Below, one piece after another: positions 18,343 to 26,276 of a DNA stretch of 29,277 bases. The notes beneath the pieces were generated by a model that saw only the letters and a list, made by a program, of their open reading frames with translations, was not told the origin of the DNA and did no database searches. This stretch comes from Candidatus Izemoplasmatales bacterium (GTDB taxonomy: Bacteria; Bacillota_I; Bacilli_A; Izemoplasmatales; Hujiaoplasmataceae). The first letter of the stretch is position 1. Each line of letters starts with the position of its first letter. The position numbers were made by a program, and so were the translations under genes. The stretch lies in the NCBI GenBank assembly GCA_050177605.1, contig JBFXGX010000021.1:2734-32010 (forward strand), in the 5' to 3' direction.

Positions 18343-19507
18343 TTTATATCTTGACTATGGAACTTTGTTCGTTCCTCATATCGGTGAAGAACTATGTGGA
18401 GATCAAGTCGTTATCAAAGAACATAGTGATAATTTGTCAATTGTTGTTCTCGCAGATGGACTAGGGAGTGGTGTGAAAGCGAACATCCTCGCAACAATGA
18501 CGGCGACAATGTTAAGTACCATGGTTGAAAGTGAAATGGATATCGAGGATAGCATTCACACAATAGCTACCACTTTACCTATTTGTCAGGTAAGAAAGGT
18601 CGCTTATTCTACTTTTACATTGTTAATGATTCGAAATCATAATGAAATCGAGATGTATCAATATGATAATCCGCGTGCTATTATTTTACGCAATGGATTG
18701 AACTACGACTATTCTATGAAGTCATTAAAAGTGGATGGGAAATTGATTTATCATACACGAATTACACTTGATGAAAATGATGCAATAATTCTCTTCTCTG
18801 ATGGTGTAACACACGCAGGTGTTGGAAATATACTTAATTTCGGATGGGATCGAAACTCTATTTGTAAGTATATCGAAGAGAATTATAAAGAAGATGCTTC
18901 AAGCAAAGCTATTAGTTCAATGATTCTAAGCAAGACTTTAGAACTCTATAATCATTCACCTATGGATGATGCTACAGTTTTCACACTGAAAATCAGAAAA
19001 AGAAAACAAGTGAATTTACTGGTTGGACCACCAGCTAGAAAAGAAGATGACAGAGCGATGTTATCCCTTTTCTTTTCAAAAAGCGGAAAACATATCGTAT
19101 GTGGTGGAACCACAGCCAATATCGTATCAAATTACTTAAAGAGTCCAATCCAAATGGATTTAAATTACACAAGCAAAGATATTCCTCCAACGGCAGTCAT
19201 TGATGGTGTAGATTTGGTAACTGAAGGCGTCATTACAGTGGCAAAAGTTCTTGAGTATGCAAAAGGATTTGTTGGCGATAATACGAAATATCCGGATTGG
19301 AAACATCTTAATGATGGCGCATCAAAGATATGTCAAATGTTATTTGAAGAAGCTACTGATATTAATTTCTATAGTGGATGCGCAGTCAATCCGGCACACC
19401 AAAATAAAGATTTACCGATTTCATTTAGTATAAAAATGCAACTCGTTGAAGAATTGTCTCAATGTCTTAAAAAGATGGGTAAGAATATTAAAGTGAGTTA
19501 TTTTTAG
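18335..19507 (+). CDS. hfsC: SpoIIE/PP2C-type Ser/Thr phosphatase (HfsC-like)
   Basis: CGD, LADGLGSG, FSDGV, DDATV PP2C motifs plus a C-terminal GPP...CGGTT...VTEG...NPAHQ domain; overlaps hfsB by 8 nt. Confidence 0.9.
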   Translation: MNDLYLDYGTLFVPHIGEELCGDQVVIKEHSDNLSIVVLADGLGSGVKANILATMTATMLSTMVESEMDIEDSIHTIATTLPICQVRKVAYSTFTLLMIRNHNEIEMYQYDNPRAIILRNGLNYDYSMKSLKVDGKLIYHTRITLDENDAIILFSDGVTHAGVGNILNFGWDRNSICKYIEENYKEDASSKAISSMILSKTLELYNHSPMDDATVFTLKIRKRKQVNLLVGPPARKEDDRAMLSLFFSKSGKHIVCGGTTANIVSNYLKSPIQMDLNYTSKDIPPTAVIDGVDLVTEGVITVAKVLEYAKGFVGDNTKYPDWKHLNDGASKICQMLFEEATDINFYSGCAVNPAHQNKDLPISFSIKMQLVEELSQCLKKMGKNIKVSYF

Positions 19508-19518
19508 GAGAGATTACT

Positions 19519-20937
19519 ATGCACGTTTTTGACACCAAAGTCCAATATTACAAATACAGAACATTAACCGAAGTTGCTAGATTTGCATTTGAAAATCGTT
19601 TAGACAACGCTTATTACGAAATTCCAAAGATTATTATTCCTGGAAAAAAAGCATCGACTAGATGCTGTATCTATAAAGAAAGAGCCATCATTGAAGAACG
19701 TGTAAAACTTGCTTTAAGTGATGAAGATGAATCATCAATAGAAGTGATTGATATTGCATGTGATGAATGCCCAACTTCAGGATTTACCGTAACTGAAAGT
19801 TGCAGGGGATGCATCGCCCATCGTTGCGAAGAATCCTGTAGGTTTAATGCGATTACCTTCGATGAACATCAAAAGGCGCATATTGATAAAACAAAATGTG
19901 TGAACTGTGGGAAGTGTGCTTCAGCATGCCAATACAGTGCTATTATCAATCGGCGTCGTCCTTGTGAAATAGCTTGTAAAGTGAGCGCAATTTCTATGAG
20001 TGAAACTGGTGAAGCCCATATTGATAAGCAAAAATGCGTTTCCTGTGGAGCTTGTGTCTATCAATGCCCTTTTGGAGCAATATCAGACAAATCATCCATT
20101 GTGAAAGTTGTAGATATGATCAAAGGCAGCGGCGCATTTGAAAACTATAAAATCTATGCCGTTGTAGCACCTTCAATCTCTAGCCAGTTCACAAAAGTCT
20201 CATTACCTCAAGTGATAACAGGAATAAAACAACTTGGGTTTTACAGTGTTGTAGAAGCTGCTCTTGGGGCTGACTTGGTTGCGGATGAAGAAGCTTTGGA
20301 AATGAAAGAGAGAGACTTCATGACCAGCTCGTGTTGCCCATCATTTGTGAAATTAATTGAAAAGCATTACCCTAAGTTTAAGGAGTACGTTTCTCCTGCG
20401 CCAAGCCCAATGATTAAACTTGCAGAATATTTAAAAAAAGTGGATCCAACTTCAAAAGTTGTTTTCATTGGTCCGTGCATTGCTAAAAAAGAGGAAGCAA
20501 GAAAAGTTGTTCACCAGGGTCTTGTAGATGCTGTTATTACATTTGAAGAATTACAAGCATTGTTTGATAGTAGGGATTTAGATCTCAGCAGTATGGAAGA
20601 AACCATATTAGATAATGCGTCATATTATGGTAGAATATTCGCAAGAAGCGGTGGACTCACGGATGCTTTAAAACAAGCTTTAAAAGAAAACAATATTGAG
20701 AGAGAACTAAACACAATTGTTGGAAACGGAATTGAGGAATGTAAAGTAAATTTGATGAAAATGAACCGCGGTGTTCCAAAAGATACATTCATGGAAGGTA
20801 TGAGTTGTGTGGGTGGATGTATTGGCGGGCCATGTTGCTTAACGCATGGACCAAAAGATTTATCACAGGTAGACAAGTATGGTAAACTTGCGTACGAAAA
20901 GACCATTAAGGATGCAATTTCAATATATGAAATATAA
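19519..20937 (+). CDS. hfsD: Monomeric ferredoxin-type [FeFe]-hydrogenase (group B, HfsD-like)
   Basis: RCCIYKER N-terminus, CDECP, three ferredoxin-type Cys arrays; H-cluster motifs TSSCCP, GPCIAKKEE, EGMSCVGGCIGG. Confidence 0.9.
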   Translation: MHVFDTKVQYYKYRTLTEVARFAFENRLDNAYYEIPKIIIPGKKASTRCCIYKERAIIEERVKLALSDEDESSIEVIDIACDECPTSGFTVTESCRGCIAHRCEESCRFNAITFDEHQKAHIDKTKCVNCGKCASACQYSAIINRRRPCEIACKVSAISMSETGEAHIDKQKCVSCGACVYQCPFGAISDKSSIVKVVDMIKGSGAFENYKIYAVVAPSISSQFTKVSLPQVITGIKQLGFYSVVEAALGADLVADEEALEMKERDFMTSSCCPSFVKLIEKHYPKFKEYVSPAPSPMIKLAEYLKKVDPTSKVVFIGPCIAKKEEARKVVHQGLVDAVITFEELQALFDSRDLDLSSMEETILDNASYYGRIFARSGGLTDALKQALKENNIERELNTIVGNGIEECKVNLMKMNRGVPKDTFMEGMSCVGGCIGGPCCLTHGPKDLSQVDKYGKLAYEKTIKDAISIYEI

Positions 20938-20968
20938 AAAATAGGACTGTCACGCGGACAGTCCTTTT
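20936..20968. terminator. Bidirectional terminator between hfsD and mgsA
   Basis: AGGACTGTC-ACGCG-GACAGTCCT flanked by A- and T-runs. Confidence 0.85.
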
Positions 20969-20970
20969 AT

Positions 20971-21336
20971 TTAATCAGATAATGCATGAACGATAAGTTC
21001 ACCGGTTGTGATATTTGTAGCTAATGGAATTTTATAAACATCGCTTAGTCTTAATAGTGCTGAGACATCCGGTTCATGTGGTTGAGCTGTTAATGGATCG
21101 CGAAAGAAGAAGATTAAGTCGATTTCACCGTTTGCGATTCTTGCGCCAATTTCTTGGTCTCCTCCAAGAGGTCCGCTTCTAAAGCAACGAACGTTTAAGC
21201 CGGTTGCTTCAATAATTTTATGCCCTGTTGTTCCAGTCGCGAATAATTCATGACGTTTAAGAACGCTTTTGTATTTTTTAGCAAAATCAATCATATCAGG
21301 TTTCATTTTGTCGTGTGCAATTAATGCGATTCTCAT
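20971..21336 (-). CDS. mgsA: Methylglyoxal synthase
   Basis: [40 protein letters not shown]. Confidence 0.97.
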   Translation of the reverse strand: MRIALIAHDKMKPDMIDFAKKYKSVLKRHELFATGTTGHKIIEATGLNVRCFRSGPLGGDQEIGARIANGEIDLIFFFRDPLTAQPHEPDVSALLRLSDVYKIPLATNITTGELIVHALSD

Positions 21337-21454
21337 ATTTGTTTTTACCTCTTTCTCTTGATCTCGCTAGTATTATATCACGATTCAAAAGCGATTGAAC
21401 CAGACTTCTAAAAAAAAATGTATCTTTGAACACAAAAAAACGATGATTTATATC

Positions 21455-21483
21455 TTGCATTTTAAAAAGTGTTTTGATATAAT
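21455..21483 (+). promoter_or_regulatory. Promoter of tRNA-Tyr
   Basis: TTGCAT-17 nt-TATAAT with an extended TG. Confidence 0.75.
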
Positions 21484-21513
21484 GTAATAGCCGTAACAAT
21501 CAGGCAAAAAGCT

Positions 21514-21598
21514 GGAGGGGTAGCGAAGAGGCTAAACGCGGCAGACTGTAAATCTGCTCCCTTTGGGTTCGGCGGTTCGAAACCGTCCCCCTCCACCA
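21514..21598 (+). tRNA. tRNA-Tyr (GTA)
   Basis: GGAGGGG/CCCCTCC acceptor stem, GCAGA-CTGTAAA-TCTGC anticodon arm, long variable arm, GGTTCGA T-arm, encoded ACCA end. Confidence 0.97.
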
Positions 21599-21604
21599 TC
21601 CTAT

Positions 21605-21644
21605 AAAAGAAAACTGAAGCAAATTGCTTCAGTTCTTTTTTTTT
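21605..21644. terminator. Bidirectional terminator between tRNA-Tyr and the CotH gene
   Basis: AACTGAAGCA-AAT-TGCTTCAGTT followed by a T-run, with an A-rich run upstream. Confidence 0.85.
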
Positions 21645-23477
21645 CTAAAAATTGTTAATCTCTGTGTTCATCCAGATACTACGAATGTATAAGTAATCAT
21701 ATAGGATTTTCACTTGTTCTTCATATGTTTTTGCATTGTAGACTTCAATCGATGTATACCATTCATAGTTCGAACCAATGATATCCCAACGGATGAAGTT
21801 TTGATGTTGAGATTTTGCGATGGAATCCGCTGCCGGATAAACGCTATTTATTAGGTCTTGAATTTGATGGTCGTAGATTTCATTCCAGCGTTCCTTTAAA
21901 GCTTCTTTGAATGTATCATTTTGCATCAAGAAGTAGTACCAAGCGTTTTTGTAAGGAAGACTAGTATACCAACCTTCTGGGCCGCGTAGGCTAGAATCCA
22001 AGTGACCAGGATTTGAAGTTGATAAGTCGAAATCCCATACTGGGCCCATTTTTAATAACCCACCTTTATCTTTGTACATATATACACTAGAATAACCAGA
22101 ATCGACATTTTTAAATAATTCTTCGACGATGAACCAGTCAACAAAAGAGGCTTCATCAATAACGGAAGAATAGTCTTCGTGATTTCTTAATTTGTTTTGT
22201 ACAAGCGTAATATAACTTCTTATATATAAGAACTGATCATGATTATAAAATTCTCCATCAGTTTTTGGAGATTTGATGACGTAAGGAACATCATAAACAA
22301 CAAACCAATCAACACCTTCAATTCCTTCTGGGTACTCAAACTGTCTCATATCCATTTCTAACAAATAGCCTGTATCTGTTTCAGAGGAATCCTCTTCGAT
22401 ATTTACTCTGTCGTTCGATACTTCAACTTGATCAGAGAGAGTGTAGTTTCCAATATAGGATCCATTTAAATAAACATCCACAAAAGCGGCACTTGGTGAA
22501 AATTCCATATTGAGACTTGCTGCAAAATTATAAGCAAGATAATTTCTTATTAATGTTTGATCTGAAAAGTTTGCTAGTAATACCCAGTCTTTTTCTTCGT
22601 AATCAAATAGTAATGATTGCTTTTCGCTAAATTTGATTCTAAATGATTTCTTTGGCATCCATAGCGTTGAATTTCCACGAAGTCTAATTTGCATTGGTAC
22701 ATTTTGCATTACTACATTAGGATTTAAATTATCATCGTAAGTCACCATGGTATAGGTTGCTTGGATATAATCTTCTTTGGAGGTAATCTCTGAATTGTTG
22801 GCAGTGGTAATATAAATTGTTGGAATTAGCGATAATTGGTTAATTCCTTTCATTAGAATAGAATAATAATATTGTCTGGACTCGCCTTCAAAAGTAACGG
22901 TAGAAGTTAAAATCAATGGGGTTGCTGACATTGGGAATGGGAAGATAAATCTACCATTAAAAATTCGAGATGTTCCTACAGTATAAGTAACAGTAGCACC
23001 TTCATAATTAATCACTGGTAAAGTAAAATCTGATTCAATTGTTTCTGGCAATTCATTTTCAATTTGCGCTTGAATAAGCACAAATGCTTGTTCATGCATA
23101 TATTCTTCGTATAATTCTAAATCTCTTAGCATCACTACAGAGTAATCTTTTGATTCACTATAGTCTCCAATTTCTAGAATTACAGTTAAGGTTACTTCAA
23201 AATCAAGTTCATGTGGAACATAAGTAATCGTCTCGTCAATAATTGGTTCATTATCAATATAGTAATAAGCAGTAATATCGTTATTATTTAATGGAGGAAG
23301 AATATAATCTCCGATGATGGCTGTAGGCACGACTTGATCCAAATGCAAAAATTCTTCTTGAATTGCTGGACTAGACTGATGCGTCGTCAATGTTGAAGTG
23401 CTCGACGTAGTTAATCCACAACCAATGAAGATATTTGATAATATGAATAGAAGTAATATTGTAAGTATTTTTTTCAT
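21645..23477 (-). CDS. CotH-family kinase lipoprotein with N-terminal Ig-like repeats
   Basis: MKK signal with IFIG-C lipobox and S/T linker; CotH motifs RLRGNST, KKSFRIKF, WVLLAN..D..LIRN, NGSYIGNY, NVD, GPVWDFDL. Confidence 0.88.
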   Translation of the reverse strand: MKKILTILLLFILSNIFIGCGLTTSSTSTLTTHQSSPAIQEEFLHLDQVVPTAIIGDYILPPLNNNDITAYYYIDNEPIIDETITYVPHELDFEVTLTVILEIGDYSESKDYSVVMLRDLELYEEYMHEQAFVLIQAQIENELPETIESDFTLPVINYEGATVTYTVGTSRIFNGRFIFPFPMSATPLILTSTVTFEGESRQYYYSILMKGINQLSLIPTIYITTANNSEITSKEDYIQATYTMVTYDDNLNPNVVMQNVPMQIRLRGNSTLWMPKKSFRIKFSEKQSLLFDYEEKDWVLLANFSDQTLIRNYLAYNFAASLNMEFSPSAAFVDVYLNGSYIGNYTLSDQVEVSNDRVNIEEDSSETDTGYLLEMDMRQFEYPEGIEGVDWFVVYDVPYVIKSPKTDGEFYNHDQFLYIRSYITLVQNKLRNHEDYSSVIDEASFVDWFIVEELFKNVDSGYSSVYMYKDKGGLLKMGPVWDFDLSTSNPGHLDSSLRGPEGWYTSLPYKNAWYYFLMQNDTFKEALKERWNEIYDHQIQDLINSVYPAADSIAKSQHQNFIRWDIIGSNYEWYTSIEVYNAKTYEEQVKILYDYLYIRSIWMNTEINNF

Positions 23478-23560
23478 AAACACCATCCCCCATTAACGGA
23501 TAGTATTATTTTAACACAATTTTAGTAATATGAAAACGGTTTTATAAAGCGAAATGCAAT

Positions 23561-23591
23561 AAAAAAGGCTGAAATGAATTCAGCCATTTTA
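23561..23591 (-). terminator. Terminator downstream of nrdJ
   Basis: GGCTGAA-ATGAA-TTCAGCC with an A-run at 23561-23566 (U-tract on the minus strand). Confidence 0.75.
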
Positions 23592-23598
23592 TTTTAAT

Positions 23599-25785
23599 TT
23601 AGATTGCGCATTTTTCATAGTCGCATTCAGGATTATTACATTGAACACAACCTTGTTTTTTAATTAGTACAGCACCGCATACTGGGCAATATTCTTTATC
23701 CATTTTTTCAGGAGTATAACCAGTATTATGAATATGTAGATGAGTAACATATTCTTTAGTTACGTTTTTATTCTTATCTGTCCATTTTTCTTCAAGTTCA
23801 ACATCTGGATGAGGAGCAGGGTTTAAATCCTTGGTATCTTCATTGATTCCTGCAAGGATTCCGATTTTTGCACAACGGTCTCTAAAGACAGTAGCACCTT
23901 TAAGTCCTTTTTCCCATGCAGTAATAAAAATGTTCATTACGTCTTCTACAGAAGCATCATTTGGAATATTGAATGTAGAACTGATTGCAGTATCAACATA
24001 CTTTTGAATTGTTGATTGAACATTCGCACGATCAATAAAATCGATGTTTTGAGAAGTGATTAATGCCCAGTCTGGAAGGTTTTCTGGTAAAACATCCATC
24101 GCTTGTGCTAGTGCAACTGGCGTCTTTTCCCAGATGGTAATTGTCTTCTCAGCTTCAAACATACTAACGATTCTTCTTGTATAGTTAATTTGGAAGAATG
24201 GTTCAACACCGCCACTCACTCCTAGGATATTACTAATTGAACCTGTTGGGGCAATGCTTAGTAGTCTGGAGTTTCTCATTCCATATTGTTTGATGAGTGC
24301 ATCTGTTTCAGGAAGAATGGTTGCTTTATAGAAGGAAGAAGAAGAAATTTTGTCGTAATCAAATCTAGGGAATGCACCAAGTTCTTTTGCGCGTAATGCA
24401 GTAGCTTTAGCAGCGGAGTTTATCATTTTTGACATTAACTCGTCTAGGAAAGTAAGGAACTCAGGACTGCCATATGCTAAACGCATACTTAATGCTAAGT
24501 CAGCAAGTCCCATGACCCCAAGACCAACCTCCCTAAATGCTTTTACGTGATCGCGTTGTTCCTTTAGAGCATGACGGTCACCAAGTAGTGTCAGTAAATC
24601 ATCTAGTGCATAGATCATTTCACCAACAACGAAGTCAAAACGATCCCAATCATAAGTTGCATTTTCTTTAAATGGATTTTTGACAAATGCGTTTAGATTA
24701 ATGCTACCTAGGTTACAAGACCCATGTGGTACTAAAGGTTGTTCACCGCAAGGATTTGTGGCTGTGAACACGACATCTGGATATTCACTTAAGAAGTGAT
24801 AATCATTGATATGGTCAATGAACATAACGCCAGGGTCGCCCATCGTGTGTGCTGCATATCCAAGAAGTTCTAATAACTTTCTTGCAGGCACGGTTTTTTC
24901 AATGATTTCATAAGGTGTTTCAAATCTCATTGTCCAAGCTTTATCATCTTTTGCTGCTTGCATAAATGCATCTGTAATAGCAATTGAGATATTCGCACCA
25001 TTAATTTTATTTAAATCTAATTTCGTAGTAATAAAATCAATTATATCAGGATGATCAATGTTCATAACAAGCATTAATGCTCCACGACGATTATCTTGTT
25101 GGGTATTCAATGTCGTGTGAGAATATTTCTCTGCGAAGACCATTACTCCTGGTGTTGTATTTGAACTATTATTTACTTTAGCACCCTTTGGACGGATTTT
25201 AGAAAGATTCATTCCTTGACCGCCACCATAACTATATGTTCTAGCGATTTGATAGTCAACTTTATAAATGCTTTCTAAGTTATCATCTGGATCTTCGGTA
25301 ACATAGCAGTTACTTCCGGTGATATTTCCTTCACGACCAATAGCATAAAGATTACGCCCACCAAAAATAGCTTCTTTTTTACGGAATATTTTTTCTAGTG
25401 TAGGTTTACCTAAAGAAATACGTTTGATAAAGTCTTTCTTCGTTTCATTCTTGATTAAATATTTTTGTAAAATCAAGTCTTGTCGTTCGTCGTTGTCTCC
25501 CCAAGGATTTTCACGATCTTGTTTTTGGCGCTCGCGATATTTAATATAAGCTTTAGCTGCTTCAAATTGCTTGGATTGCATTAAAAATAATTCAACGTCA
25601 TCTTGAATTGTTTCAATATTAACAACTTGACCATTTTCATAGCTTTTTGTTATTTTTTGAGCTTGCTTAAGGCAGTCTTGTAAAGTGACCTCACTTCCAA
25701 CACTAAGATAAGCCTTGTGCATTGCGATTGCAATTTTTTGTACGTCGAATTCTTCTTTCGCGCCGTTTCTTTTTAGAACATACAT
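23599..25785 (-). CDS. nrdJ: Class II (adenosylcobalamin-dependent) ribonucleotide reductase with ATP-cone and C-terminal Cys-rich tail
   Basis: ATP-cone VLKRNG..EEFD..KI; SNC, TNPCGE, IAPTGSIS; KGATVFRD lacks the class I YY pair; no nrdB adjacent; CPVC...CVQC...C..EKC tail; ATG 25785 follows AAGGAG. Confidence 0.9.
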   Translation of the reverse strand: MYVLKRNGAKEEFDVQKIAIAMHKAYLSVGSEVTLQDCLKQAQKITKSYENGQVVNIETIQDDVELFLMQSKQFEAAKAYIKYRERQKQDRENPWGDNDERQDLILQKYLIKNETKKDFIKRISLGKPTLEKIFRKKEAIFGGRNLYAIGREGNITGSNCYVTEDPDDNLESIYKVDYQIARTYSYGGGQGMNLSKIRPKGAKVNNSSNTTPGVMVFAEKYSHTTLNTQQDNRRGALMLVMNIDHPDIIDFITTKLDLNKINGANISIAITDAFMQAAKDDKAWTMRFETPYEIIEKTVPARKLLELLGYAAHTMGDPGVMFIDHINDYHFLSEYPDVVFTATNPCGEQPLVPHGSCNLGSINLNAFVKNPFKENATYDWDRFDFVVGEMIYALDDLLTLLGDRHALKEQRDHVKAFREVGLGVMGLADLALSMRLAYGSPEFLTFLDELMSKMINSAAKATALRAKELGAFPRFDYDKISSSSFYKATILPETDALIKQYGMRNSRLLSIAPTGSISNILGVSGGVEPFFQINYTRRIVSMFEAEKTITIWEKTPVALAQAMDVLPENLPDWALITSQNIDFIDRANVQSTIQKYVDTAISSTFNIPNDASVEDVMNIFITAWEKGLKGATVFRDRCAKIGILAGINEDTKDLNPAPHPDVELEEKWTDKNKNVTKEYVTHLHIHNTGYTPEKMDKEYCPVCGAVLIKKQGCVQCNNPECDYEKCAI

Positions 25786-25914
25786 AGGGGACACTCCTTT
25801 ATAATATTAAAGAATATATAAGAATGAAACAAATTCGTTTCATTCTTAGTTTATCTATATGACATAAATAAAACATCATTACTGATGCGCCATTTTTCAT
25901 CGAGATTAGTTAAG

Positions 25915-25943
25915 ATAATATAAGGCTTTGATTAATTTGTCAA
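25915..25943 (-). promoter_or_regulatory. Sigma70 promoter of nrdJ
   Basis: TTGACA (25943-25938), 17 nt spacer, TATTAT (25920-25915) on the minus strand. Confidence 0.75.
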
Positions 25944-26276
25944 GAGTATTAAGTAAATTTATTTTGTTGGAATTTTCATCAAAATAATCGAGAATAGCAT
26001 AATTAAGCGATAAAACAATAGTTGTAAAATTTTTAAGAAATTCTTACTTTTTTTATGTAAATATTTTCATCATTTTTTTCTTTGTTTTTTTTGATGTTTT
26101 CGACTATAATCTAATAGGTTGAAATGAAAATTTTTTCATTAATAAAGATGGAAAATACGATTTTTGATATTTTATATGAACTTGCATATTTTTTTATTGA
26201 AAGCTTGGCAGGTCATTGCTTTTTATGATAGAGAAAATGTATAATTATTTTATCGTGAATGGAAGGGGTGAATTGA

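Noticed and set aside
21514..21645. tRNA-Tyr as the integration site of an island
   Set aside because: No integrase, and I found no duplicate of the tRNA 3' end in the window
21645..23477. CotH kinase as the missing kinase of the hfs operon
   Set aside because: Predicted lipoprotein facing outward, on a separate opposite-strand transcript beyond mgsA and the tRNA
26022..26039. Rex-box-like TTGTAAA-ATTT-TTAAGAA in the nrdJ/MFS spacer
   Set aside because: It matches 12 of 14 positions of TTGTTAA-N4-TTAACAA, but lies in extremely AT-rich DNA about 80 bp from the nearest predicted promoter; not distinguishable from chance without a PWM scan
25786..26276. Cobalamin riboswitch or NrdR boxes upstream of nrdJ
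   Set aside because: No GGGAA/GCCACTG B12-box elements and no convincing ACAC-ATAT-GTG palindrome seen
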